This document shows, one piece after another, positions 38,952 to 48,697 of a stretch of 64,000 bases of DNA (its first letter is position 1; each line of letters starts with the position of its first letter). Source of the stretch: Myxococcota bacterium. Its GTDB lineage: Bacteria > Myxococcota_A > Polyangia > Nannocystales > Nannocystaceae. The DNA lies in assembly GCA_039028615.1 (NCBI GenBank), contig JBCCHT010000039.1, positions 1 to 64,000 on the forward strand, in the 5' to 3' direction. The notes under the pieces are model-generated. The model did no database searches, was not told the origin of the DNA, and was given only the letters and a program-made list of their open reading frames with translations. The position numbers and the translations under genes were made by a program.

Positions 38952-39930
38952 ACCGACTTCCACCGTCGGCCACGGTAACACCCCATCGCGCGCACGACCA
39001 TGGTGCAGACATCGACGACGATGCGAGTCACAGTGTCGAGTTGGTCCTCGCTCGAACTCGACCTACCGCGATGTGGGACCTTCGTGGGCGTCGCGCCCGC
39101 GAACCATGAGTCGATTGCGAAGCAGTCGATTCGACCTACACCGGGACCGTCGATGAACTCGGCCGCCGAACAACCAGGCGTGTCGTGGGTCGAGTTTCCA
39201 CGAGGCACTACGTGGCCGGATCGTTGGGGATGCTCGAGTGTCCGACTCGCACTCCCACCTCGCCCGCGTTGTCGGTGCAGTCTTCGATTTATGCCCATGA
39301 ACGACGTTCAGCTCACCTTTGCGCGCTCATGATGTCGTACTCGCTGCGCTGGACTTCGTCGCCGTTTTCGTCGACGACGTGCTGCGGATCTCCGTCCGAC
39401 GAGACCGTCGGTATGCAGGCTCTGCACATCGGCCGCGACGCTCTCTCCGATTTCGATCGCACGCATGTTCGGTCGTCGTACTCAGATACGCATGCCAGGT
39501 TCTCGCCCTTTGTCCTACTGCGGCTGCAAGATCCTGACACCAAGCATCGGCGCCCTCGATGCCACCCATCCCGCCCACGCTCGACGCTAGTGACAACGAA
39601 CGACGGCGGTGGAAAGAGGATCGAGGATACGCAACCCCATCGTCGGTCACCGCTCGGTGTCAGTTTCGCGCACGCGCGATCACGGCGGCGGTTCGGGGGG
39701 TGAACGCTCGTCCCGTTGTGGCACTCGCCACCACCCGCCGCCGGGTCCGACAACCCCTCTGAATGTTTGAATACTTGATCGTATCCGCCCCCCGGGCGAT
39801 CCTAACGTTCAGGCCTCGGCCAAGGAGGGCCAAAGCCCCACGGAAGCGGCGCAAAGGGGCAGGAAACGGTCAATGTTCAGCGTTGAGCGCAAGGGTGCCC
39901 GGTGCCCAGGGTTCGACCACGGAGTCGGTG

Positions 39931-41883
39931 GTGGCTGAGCAGACGTGGGTGCAGCGGCTACGCGGGGGGCAGGGCGTCGGCATGCTCTTGCTGCTGTCGT
40001 TGCTGTTCGTGGCCGCGTTGCACTCGACTTCGATTCCCGACGCGATCGACGCGTCGCTGCAGTCGGCCTACTACCGCGCGGGCATTCCCTCGAGCACCGA
40101 GCAGCGCGTGCTGCTGGTCGAGGCCGACGACGAGACGACCCAACACTGGGGCTCGCCGCCGTGGACGGAGCAACGACGCCGAGCCCTGCTCGACCGCATC
40201 GCCCAGGGTCAGCCCGCGGCGCTGGTGGTCGTGGATGGTGCACGGATGTTCCCGGTCCGTTCGGACACCGCCGACGCCCCCCCGCCCGACGATGGCCTCC
40301 CGTCGTCGCTGGTGTACGTGGAGCTGTCCACCCACATCGACCCCGGCTCGAACCAGGTCGACTCGCTGAGCGACGGGGATGTACGACTCCGTAGGTTGGA
40401 CCCCGTGCTCGAGGTGCTCGAGCACGACGAGCCCCGCGCCGAGCAGCTGCCGATCCACTATCTATGGCCGCGCTCGCGACTGCCGACCATGTCGTTCAAG
40501 CGCATCGAGCAGGGCGACGTGCCGCCGTCGATCTTCGAGGACAAGGTCGTGGTCGTGGGCCTGACCAGCCCCGATCATCGCGACGCGCTGGCGACCCCGA
40601 TCGGCGCCCTGACCTCGCCCGAGATCATCAGCCACACCTTCGCCATGGTCGCCGACGGCCGCCGCTTCCACGAGCCGAGCTGGTTGGTACGCGTGGGCGG
40701 CCTGCTGCTCGTGCTCGCTGCGACCATGCTCGCCATGCGGGGCACCACGCCATCGCAGGCGGTGGTGCGCGTGGCCGCGCTGCTCGCCGTGCTGCTGGCG
40801 ATCGACCTGGTGCTCTTCTCCCGCGGGCTGATGCGCTGGGGCGTGAGCACCGAGCTCATCGTGGTGGTCTCGATCCTGATGGGGCACTGGTATCGCAGCC
40901 AGCAGGACAGCGCGGCGCTGGTGCAGACGGTCTCCAGCAAGATCTCCGAGCAGCTCGAGTCCGAGACCGTCGGCGAGCCCGCCCCCGAGGATGGCTTCTG
41001 GCAGGACATCGCCGAGACGGCCAGCGCCTACCTCGAGCTCGACTTCACCGGGGCGCTCATCGAGCTCCCCGAGGGCCAGTGGCACCTGCAGACGCGGGCC
41101 TTCATGAACATGGACGAGGAGGGCATCGCCGAGCGGCGCCGCGACGTCCGGCGTCCGCCCTACCGCGCCGCGTTCCTCACCCACAAGCCGCACCGCTGCG
41201 AGCGGCCCTTCATGGCCGACGAGTCTCGCTACACCCTGGCCGTGCCGCTGGCCTTCGAGGGTCGACTCTACGGCATGTGGATGGTCGGCCTCGACAAACA
41301 GACCGAGCTCGAGCGCTCCGACAAGACCTTGCTCGAGCAGCTCGGCCACGAGCTGGGCCGCAGCATCGCGGCCGCCCGGCGGGGCAAGCCCTTCGGCGAG
41401 TCCCTGCCGCTCAGCTCCGGCGACATGGCTCACCGCTTCGCGCAGCTCATCCACGGGGTCGAGGCCCTCGGCCAGGACAAGCGCCGCGTCGTCGACACCT
41501 TCGACGCCCTGCCCATGGGGCTGTTGGTCGCGAACATCTGGGGCCACATCGTGCAGAGCAACGCCGCGCTGCGCTCCGAGCTGGCCGACCAGTTCCCCGA
41601 CGGCATCCCCAACAACGACCTGCGTGCCGTGCTGTCGCGCGTCACGGGCACCTCGCTCGAGGGGGTGCACGGGATCATGCGGACGGTGATCCGCACGGGC
41701 AATACCGTCCGGCTGCGCTCGGCCGAGGCCAACGCGCGCGACTCGAGCTTCCTGCTCATGCCCATGCAGACGGAGGGCTCGACCGGTGCCCATGCGTCCA
41801 GCGAGCCCGCGACGCACCTGGTGCTGATGATCGTGCCCGAAGACATGGGCCCCACGGTGGACATGCTCGTCCGAATCGCCTGA
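39931..41883 (+). CDS. CHASE2-domain membrane sensor with GAF and PAS-like domains, no recognisable output domain
   Basis: LLVEADDET..WG.PPW, FEDKVVVVG and TPIG CHASE2 motifs; 3 TMs; LAVPLAFEGRLYG GAF; FDALPMGLLV PAS; start uncertain. Confidence 0.8.
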   Translation: MAEQTWVQRLRGGQGVGMLLLLSLLFVAALHSTSIPDAIDASLQSAYYRAGIPSSTEQRVLLVEADDETTQHWGSPPWTEQRRRALLDRIAQGQPAALVVVDGARMFPVRSDTADAPPPDDGLPSSLVYVELSTHIDPGSNQVDSLSDGDVRLRRLDPVLEVLEHDEPRAEQLPIHYLWPRSRLPTMSFKRIEQGDVPPSIFEDKVVVVGLTSPDHRDALATPIGALTSPEIISHTFAMVADGRRFHEPSWLVRVGGLLLVLAATMLAMRGTTPSQAVVRVAALLAVLLAIDLVLFSRGLMRWGVSTELIVVVSILMGHWYRSQQDSAALVQTVSSKISEQLESETVGEPAPEDGFWQDIAETASAYLELDFTGALIELPEGQWHLQTRAFMNMDEEGIAERRRDVRRPPYRAAFLTHKPHRCERPFMADESRYTLAVPLAFEGRLYGMWMVGLDKQTELERSDKTLLEQLGHELGRSIAAARRGKPFGESLPLSSGDMAHRFAQLIHGVEALGQDKRRVVDTFDALPMGLLVANIWGHIVQSNAALRSELADQFPDGIPNNDLRAVLSRVTGTSLEGVHGIMRTVIRTGNTVRLRSAEANARDSSFLLMPMQTEGSTGAHASSEPATHLVLMIVPEDMGPTVDMLVRIA

Positions 41884-41899
41884 CCTCGCCCCGATCGAC

Positions 41900-44800
41900 A
41901 TGGAATCGAGCCCCGAGCTGCTGTTCGAGATACCGCGCGGGCTCGAGCAATCGATCCTCCTGGCGGTGCTGATCGGCTTTTTGGTCACGCTCTTTTTGGT
42001 CGAGAGCTTCGGCTGGGTGTTCGTGGGCGTGGTCGTGCCCGGCTACCTCGCCTCGGTGCTCGTCATCCAGCCGCCCGCCGCCCTGGCCGTGGTGCTCGAC
42101 GCGAGCCTGACCTACATCGTGGCCAAGATGCTCGAGATGATACTGGGTCGAGGCGGGGCCAGTAGCGAGTTCTTCGGGCGAGAACGGTTCTTCTTGTTGG
42201 TGCTCGTCTCGGTCTTCGTGCGCCAGCATACCCAGACGTGGTTGTGGCCCTTGGCGCTGGAGACGGTCGACCCCATGGTCGACATCCCCGTCGACTTCGC
42301 CCGCAGCTTCAGCAGCATCGGCATCGTGCTGGTCCCGCTGATGGCCAACATCATGTGGAAGCTCGATCTGCGGCGCGGCATGTGGCACCTGGCGCTGACC
42401 AGCCTGGTGACCTACGCCCTGCTCGCGTGGTGGCTGCTGCCCGAGACGACCCTTTCGTATAGCGCCCTCGAGCTGAGCTACGAGGACACCGCCATCGACT
42501 TTCTGGGCAACGCCAAGGCCTACATCATCTTCCTGACCACGGCCTATGTGGCCTCGCAGCTGAACCTCTACTACGGCTGGGACTTCAACGGGATCTTGGT
42601 GCCCGCCCTGCTGGGCCTGCTGTGGTTTCATCCCGCCAAGCTCGCGACCACCTTCGGCGAGGCGATGGTCGTGTACATGGTCACCGTTCGCATGCCGCGG
42701 GCGCCGATCTTGCGCTCGATCAACCTCGAGGGTCCGCGTCGGCTCGCGCTGGTATTCACCACCAGCGTCACCCTCAAGTGGCTCATCGGCTGGATCCTCG
42801 GCGACAGCCTGCCCACCCTGAAGATCACCGACGCCTATGGCTTCGGGTACCTGCTGCCCTCCCTGCTCGTCATCAAGATGATGCAGCGCAAGTCGATGCG
42901 AGCGGTGCTGCTGCCCACCGCGGTGGCCTCGTGCATGTGCTTCGTCATCGGCAACCTGATCGGCTTCGCCCTGAGCTTTGCCGACCCCGCGCCCAAGGGC
43001 CCCGACGAAGCCGCCCAGCTGCAGACCAACGACAGCACGCGGCTATTGAGCAGCGCGGCGGGAGTGGGCGCGCTGGGGCACCTGCATGCGCTCGAGCGCG
43101 CGACGACCTTCGCCGACCACGGGCAGAACGTGGCCTACCGCCGGGTGTGGGAGACCGCCTCGCGGTGGCTCGACACGCCCACGCCTCACAACCAGGCGGC
43201 GGTCCTCGAAGCCCTGGGGCCCACCAAGCTCGAGCTGGTCGCGGTGGGGGAGCACGAGGGGCGGCCCGCCTACGCGCTGGTCGAGCGCGACCTGGGGCCG
43301 CGGCAGGGCTGGGACACCGCCTTGCTCGTGCCCGGAGCGCCCGGCCCGGTGATCGCGGTGCCCCGACCCGTGGCCGAGGCGCCCATCGCCGAGTCCGCCT
43401 CGGTGCTGTGTCGGCGCATGCGCTGCCGGGCCCTGCTGATCGCGGGCGTCGACGTCGAGCGCGACCCGATGATGCGCATGAGCACGTCGTCCTTCGACAT
43501 CGCTCGCGGCGCGCTGCGGGACACGCCCATGATGATCCTGCGCTCGGACGACGCCATGGGCCGCAAGCCCATCCTGCACATCGGCGCCGAGCTTCCGTCG
43601 TCCGTCGACCTGCGTCGCGCCTGGCCGACCGAGGTGGGCCTCGAGTGGTCCGATCCCCCCGTCGAGTTCGCCGCGCGTCCTCCCGCGCAGGGCGGCACGC
43701 TGCGGATCCACCCCTTGGACATCGAGGCGATGCTGGCCTCCAGCTCGCCGTCGCTGGTCAATGCCTCGACCCCGCCGCCGTGGGTCATGCTTCGCGACCG
43801 CGATCCGCTGCTGCGCACGCTCCCGCCCGGGCAGACCCCGTCCAAGCGAGAGGCTCGATACCTCGAGCTGGAAGTGGTGGCCCCGTTGGTGGAGATCGCC
43901 GCGGGTCGTCGGCCGACCTCGGAGCTCGAGCGGCTGTCGTGGGCGGCCGAGCGCCTGGGCATGGAGCTGTGGCGGATCGATGACTGCGGCGCGGGTCGAC
44001 CCTGTCTCGGGCTCATCGATCCGCTGGGCGACGATGGCATGGGCTGGGGCTCGCTGCTGGTGCGCTGGGGGGAGACCCGGGAGATCGGCATCGAGCTGCT
44101 GCGCCCGGGCATGGCCTTCGGTACGCAACAGCTGGGGCTCGAGCTGTGGCAGCAGGCCAATGCCCGCGCCATCTATGTCGGCCCCAGCAACGCGCACGAG
44201 GGGCAGAACCCGCTGGCCCTGGGCAACATCCAGGCCCCGCTGATGCCCTTTCATCAGGCGCTCGATCGCTCGCTCGGCGACGACGTCACGCGACCGCTCT
44301 TGGTGCAGGTGCTGGGCTTCGGCGTCGAGCGGCAGCTCGATACGCCCATGGTCGTGGGCCTCGGCCGGCCCGTGCTCGACGAGGGCCAACAGCCGCTCAA
44401 GCTGCGCTGGCTGCTCGAGCAGGGGCCTCTGCAATGGGTCGAGCGCCCGCTGTTCAGCGACGGCTCCCCGCTGCTGCACGCGCTGTCCGGCCTGGGTAGC
44501 CCCGCGGTGGAGTACTCGCTGGAGCTGGGCCAGGCCGATGTCGCCTTGCTGTGGTTTTCGCCGCAGGTGCGTGGCCGCTACGTTCGCCGGGCCCAGGGCG
44601 GAGAGCAGCGACGCTCGCGAGCGCTGGGGCTCGAGTACCAAGACAACTCCGAGCTGGAGCGACTGGCTCCCGAAGGGATCACCAACGAGACCACGGCCCC
44701 CCCCGCCCCGATGATCGAGGAGATCGACGAGCTGCTGCGCCTGGCCACCAGCTATCGGCTCTCCCACGACATCCACGCGCTGCGGCGGATCCAAAACCGC

Positions 44801-45070
44801 GCCCGGGGCCTGACCACCGAAGAGGTGACCGTGCGCGTGTCGGTGGGCGGCGGGACGATCAGCAAGCTGCCCATGGTGTGGGTCGAGGCCACCGGTCCGC
44901 AGTGGGGCCTGCGCGGCATGGTGCTGCTGGAGTCGGCCGTCGACCGTCGCACCACCCTCGTCGCCACCGAGGCCGACCTTCGCGAGCAGATCGGCCTGGC
45001 GCTGTTCCGCCGTGACGGGATCGTCGTCGTACGCAGCGGGCCGCCGTCGGGAGGTCCCGATGCTCCGTGA
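41900..45070 (+). CDS. Poly-gamma-glutamate biosynthesis PgsC/CapC-like protein (tandem CapC domains) with a ~700-aa soluble extension
   Basis: GVVVPGYLA, FFGRERF and SIGIVLVPLMAN match CapC motifs; second copy GILVPALLG, EGPRR, GFGYLLPSLL. Confidence 0.8.
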   Translation: MESSPELLFEIPRGLEQSILLAVLIGFLVTLFLVESFGWVFVGVVVPGYLASVLVIQPPAALAVVLDASLTYIVAKMLEMILGRGGASSEFFGRERFFLLVLVSVFVRQHTQTWLWPLALETVDPMVDIPVDFARSFSSIGIVLVPLMANIMWKLDLRRGMWHLALTSLVTYALLAWWLLPETTLSYSALELSYEDTAIDFLGNAKAYIIFLTTAYVASQLNLYYGWDFNGILVPALLGLLWFHPAKLATTFGEAMVVYMVTVRMPRAPILRSINLEGPRRLALVFTTSVTLKWLIGWILGDSLPTLKITDAYGFGYLLPSLLVIKMMQRKSMRAVLLPTAVASCMCFVIGNLIGFALSFADPAPKGPDEAAQLQTNDSTRLLSSAAGVGALGHLHALERATTFADHGQNVAYRRVWETASRWLDTPTPHNQAAVLEALGPTKLELVAVGEHEGRPAYALVERDLGPRQGWDTALLVPGAPGPVIAVPRPVAEAPIAESASVLCRRMRCRALLIAGVDVERDPMMRMSTSSFDIARGALRDTPMMILRSDDAMGRKPILHIGAELPSSVDLRRAWPTEVGLEWSDPPVEFAARPPAQGGTLRIHPLDIEAMLASSSPSLVNASTPPPWVMLRDRDPLLRTLPPGQTPSKREARYLELEVVAPLVEIAAGRRPTSELERLSWAAERLGMELWRIDDCGAGRPCLGLIDPLGDDGMGWGSLLVRWGETREIGIELLRPGMAFGTQQLGLELWQQANARAIYVGPSNAHEGQNPLALGNIQAPLMPFHQALDRSLGDDVTRPLLVQVLGFGVERQLDTPMVVGLGRPVLDEGQQPLKLRWLLEQGPLQWVERPLFSDGSPLLHALSGLGSPAVEYSLELGQADVALLWFSPQVRGRYVRRAQGGEQRRSRALGLEYQDNSELERLAPEGITNETTAPPAPMIEEIDELLRLATSYRLSHDIHALRRIQNRARGLTTEEVTVRVSVGGGTISKLPMVWVEATGPQWGLRGMVLLESAVDRRTTLVATEADLREQIGLALFRRDGIVVVRSGPPSGGPDAP

Positions 45071-47678
45071 CGTGCTCTCGGCCGTGGTCCTGGTCGGCAC
45101 GCTGTGGGCCCTGTGGCAGCTGGGCCACGTTCGCGACGCGCTGTCGCAAGCCACCGACACCCCCATGCAGCGCAAGATCCAGGGGGCGGACCGCGTGGTG
45201 CACTACCGCTTCGACCAGGACGGCGGCCCCTCGTTTCACCTCGATGGCGACGAGGTCGAGCTGCGCCTGGTCACCCACTTGTTCCTCGAGCCCGGCCGGC
45301 TCTACTCCGCGTTCGCGACCTACGACTATGGCCTGCGCCTGCGCATCGACGACCCCGAGGGCAACGTGCTGTGGGAGCGCGACATCTACACCTCCACCCG
45401 CCAGAGCAAGGACGAGTGGTCCGACGGGCTGTGGATGCAGGAGAACGCCTTCGGGCTCGACCCGGGCATGGAGATCACCGACGACCGGGTGCACCTCATC
45501 ACCCTGCCGCGCGACATCCCCTGGGGCTCCACCTTCCACGCCCGGCTCGAGGCGCCCGCGGCCGAGTACGGGGTCATCCGGGCCTACGAGCGCTCGCTCG
45601 ACTCGTCGCTGGGCGTGCTGCTGAGCTATTTCGGGCCCGCGCCCGATCAGGAGTCGCGGCTCATCGGGCGCCTGACCTACCTGCCCTGGGATGCACTCTC
45701 GACCGAGCAACGGCTCACCCGGCTGCGCTTGCGCTGGAATCGAATGTCGGCGCTGGGCGAGCTGGGCACGGACTACGAAGTCGAGACCGTCTTCTACACC
45801 GGCTTTCGCATGCCGCCGCCGCAGCTACCTCCGCGCCCACCGACCGAGCTGGTCGACGACCGAGCCACCGCGTTCACGGCCTGGGGACCAGGTGAGCTGC
45901 GCCTGGCGATCGAGGCCGACTGCCCGGAGCACCCCGGCCTCGGTCTCGACCGCCCGGCGATCGAGCTTCTGCACCTCGACGCGATGGGCGTGGTGGATGG
46001 TCGGCACGTCGATCCCTGCAAGGGACAGAGCCACGAGGTGTGGCTACCCCCGGGGCCGCACACCATGCACGTGCGAGGCAAGGCCCTGCCGCCGACCACC
46101 ATCGAAGCCTGGTACGACGACCACACCCAAGATCCGCCCGAGCTGCCCGGGCTCGAGCTGGGGCACCCCTTCCGCCCCACCATCACCCGCTCGCCGCGGG
46201 TCCGCCTGCACACGGGGTCGGTGCCCGCCAGCTACGCCCTGGTCGAGCCCGAGGACCTCGAGTCGGCCATGATTCGCCTGCGAGCGCGGCTGCCCGTGCC
46301 TTCGCGCTCGGGGCCCGAGGCACAGCGCCCCGCCACCATCGGCTACACCTTCATCGATCGACACGGTGAGCCGCTCGAGCGCGGCGAGTGGCGGGTCGAG
46401 CCCTCGCCCGAGCTCGCCGAGTACGAGTCGGTCGTCAGCGCCTCGGATGCCGAGCGCACCTGGTGGGTCAGCCCGCCCAAGACTACCCGCTTCATCGCCC
46501 CCGAAGGCACGCGGCGGCTCGAGCTCGATGCACAGGGGGACGCTATTGTGTCCGTGTATGCGTACTGGTCGGGCGCCACCGAAAAGCCCCGCCCCCACCC
46601 GCCCTACGACGAGGCGATGCTGGTCAACACGCAGTGGCGACGCGTGCCCATCGACTACCAGTGGTGGTTTCCGCTGTCGCCCCACAACGTGCACATCCTC
46701 CAGCGCCACAACCAGACGGTGGACCTGCACGGGCCGATTCGGCTCGAGCTCGAGGGGGCCTTCGAACGCGAGTCGCCTCGCCTCGCCCGCAAGCCCAAGG
46801 CCTCGGACATCCAAGAGCCCGGCGGCGGCACCTCGCCCTGGGTCAGCCTGTCGCCCTATACGCCCAACGAGCGGCGCACCGTGCTGCTGAAGACCTCGGC
46901 CGACTCGCCGTGGGCTCGGTATGCACGCTGGCGACCGGGCGCCGCGACCCTGAGCGTCGACGACGACTGGGGTGCGGCCGCCGTGTACCTGGTCGAAGGC
47001 GATCCCGAGCTCGCGCTGGGCCAGGTGCTCACCGCGACCGTCGACGGCGTCCCGGTCGAACACACCATCTTGAGCACCCGCGGGGTCTGGAAGCTGCCCG
47101 GTCTGGGTCGCGGCGAGCACGACGTCGAGCTCGGACCCCTGCCTCCTGGTGTGCGCGTGTACCTCGACCGACCGGGGCTCGATCCACGCCGCGGCAGCAC
47201 CGACGTCTTCCGCGTGATCACCCTGTATCGGCTCGAGGACGACCCCATGGGCCTGAAGGTCGACAAGACGGGCGACGACGGCGAGTACATCAACGCGCTG
47301 ATGATCCGCTGCGACGATCGAGAGCCGAGCCAGCTGAGCGTGCTGCTCGACAACGGCTCGCCGCGACGGCGCCGCGGCGTGCCCATCCAGCGGGTCACCC
47401 GAGCCGTGCGCGAGCGGGAGCTGCCCGCCCGCGGCCCGTCGACCGAGCTGGTGTTCTTCGACCGCCCGCAAGCGCGCTGCGAGGCGCTGGGGCGGGTGCC
47501 CATTCCGCTCGGCGCCGACCTGGCCCTCGGCCCTCATCGCGTCACGCTGCGCATGAAGGACGGCCCCGGGGTCTGGGTTCGGTTCTTCCGACGGGGGGTC
47601 GACGACTCACAGGACCTGCGCGCATTCGAGTGGACCGAACGACTACTCGACCTCGGCGACACCGCGGGGGCACCATGA
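45060..47678 (+). CDS. Hypothetical membrane-anchored multi-beta-sandwich protein (operon member)
   Basis: MLRDVLSAVVLVGTLWALWQL N-terminal TM; overlaps both neighbours; 872 aa. Confidence 0.8.
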   Translation: MLRDVLSAVVLVGTLWALWQLGHVRDALSQATDTPMQRKIQGADRVVHYRFDQDGGPSFHLDGDEVELRLVTHLFLEPGRLYSAFATYDYGLRLRIDDPEGNVLWERDIYTSTRQSKDEWSDGLWMQENAFGLDPGMEITDDRVHLITLPRDIPWGSTFHARLEAPAAEYGVIRAYERSLDSSLGVLLSYFGPAPDQESRLIGRLTYLPWDALSTEQRLTRLRLRWNRMSALGELGTDYEVETVFYTGFRMPPPQLPPRPPTELVDDRATAFTAWGPGELRLAIEADCPEHPGLGLDRPAIELLHLDAMGVVDGRHVDPCKGQSHEVWLPPGPHTMHVRGKALPPTTIEAWYDDHTQDPPELPGLELGHPFRPTITRSPRVRLHTGSVPASYALVEPEDLESAMIRLRARLPVPSRSGPEAQRPATIGYTFIDRHGEPLERGEWRVEPSPELAEYESVVSASDAERTWWVSPPKTTRFIAPEGTRRLELDAQGDAIVSVYAYWSGATEKPRPHPPYDEAMLVNTQWRRVPIDYQWWFPLSPHNVHILQRHNQTVDLHGPIRLELEGAFERESPRLARKPKASDIQEPGGGTSPWVSLSPYTPNERRTVLLKTSADSPWARYARWRPGAATLSVDDDWGAAAVYLVEGDPELALGQVLTATVDGVPVEHTILSTRGVWKLPGLGRGEHDVELGPLPPGVRVYLDRPGLDPRRGSTDVFRVITLYRLEDDPMGLKVDKTGDDGEYINALMIRCDDREPSQLSVLLDNGSPRRRRGVPIQRVTRAVRERELPARGPSTELVFFDRPQARCEALGRVPIPLGADLALGPHRVTLRMKDGPGVWVRFFRRGVDDSQDLRAFEWTERLLDLGDTAGAP

Positions 47679-48697
47679 ACGAGATGCCGCGCGCGCGAAA
47701 CCTGCTGTGGGTCACCACCACGGCGAGCTGCTTGCTCGCGGGGGGTCCCGACGAGGCTTCGCAGCGCCAGCGCGGCTCCTCGCACGCCACCGATCCCGGC
47801 GAGCGCCTGGGTCCCGAGCGAGACATGAGCGCGCGACAGGCCCGGGCCGCGCTGTGGCCCAACCTGCGAGGCCAGGGCTACGAGGCCGCGTCGACCGAGC
47901 ACGTCGAGGCCACCCAGCAGCTGCTCGCCGCGACCATGACCTACGCCACCGGGAGCACCGACGGCCAGGCGCTGCCCCAGCTCGCGCTCGCGGCCGGGCT
48001 GCTGCTGCAGCGCTGGAAGATCGACGAGCACCACTACCTGGCGATCCTCGAGGGCCCCGACGGCTCCGGTCGCACGGGGGCCTTCCTGCTGCGCCTGGGC
48101 CCCCCGCCCGCCGATGGGCGAGAACGACTGCTGCAAGCGCCCCACGCCTTCTTCGACATGGGTACGGGCCGGGTGACGCTCGACGTGCTGCTCGCTCGCC
48201 CCGCCGACTTCCGGGGGCTAGCCACCAACACGCTGCAGCGCTACGTGCAGCCCGACGGCACCAAGAAAAAGTCCGCCCGCAACCCGGCCGACGTCTGCCA
48301 CAACCACCGGCATCCCTTCGTGGCCGCCACCGTGGGCATGGCCGAGGCGAGTGATGCCCTCGAGGTCATTCAGCTGCACGGGTTCGGGGACGACCGCACC
48401 ATCCCCGAGCTGCCCGAGGCCTGGGCCATCGTCAGCGCGGGCTCGCTCGACCCCGGCTGGCCGCGCGTCACCGCGGTCGCCACCGCGCTCGAGCGAGACT
48501 TCGGCGTCACCATTGCCCGCTACCCCGAGGACGTCGAGCTGCTCGGGGGCACCACCAACGTCATCGGACAGCGCGTGCGCTCCATCCCGGACGCGACCTT
48601 CCTGCACCTCGAGCTGTCCTCGAACTTCCGCACCAAGCTCCGCCAAAAGCCCGAGTGGTCACGACGGTTCGCCGCCGCGCTGGTCTCTGCTCCGTGA
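47675..48697 (+). CDS. Putative secreted Zn-dependent hydrolase resembling poly-gamma-glutamate hydrolase / N-formylglutamate amidohydrolase fold
   Basis: ATGA overlap; LLQAPHAFFDMGT, IQLHGF, LLGGTTNVIG and FLHLELSSNFR occur in PghP-like order. Confidence 0.6.
   Translation: MNEMPRARNLLWVTTTASCLLAGGPDEASQRQRGSSHATDPGERLGPERDMSARQARAALWPNLRGQGYEAASTEHVEATQQLLAATMTYATGSTDGQALPQLALAAGLLLQRWKIDEHHYLAILEGPDGSGRTGAFLLRLGPPPADGRERLLQAPHAFFDMGTGRVTLDVLLARPADFRGLATNTLQRYVQPDGTKKKSARNPADVCHNHRHPFVAATVGMAEASDALEVIQLHGFGDDRTIPELPEAWAIVSAGSLDPGWPRVTAVATALERDFGVTIARYPEDVELLGGTTNVIGQRVRSIPDATFLHLELSSNFRTKLRQKPEWSRRFAAALVSAP

Noticed and set aside
39000..39760. Short ORFs in the divergent spacer
   Set aside because: No recognisable motifs, RBS or convincing codon bias.
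46388..47674. Upstream part of the 769-aa ORF
   Set aside because: Arg-rich off-frame read-through of the 45060 gene; the real start is the coupled ATG at 47675.
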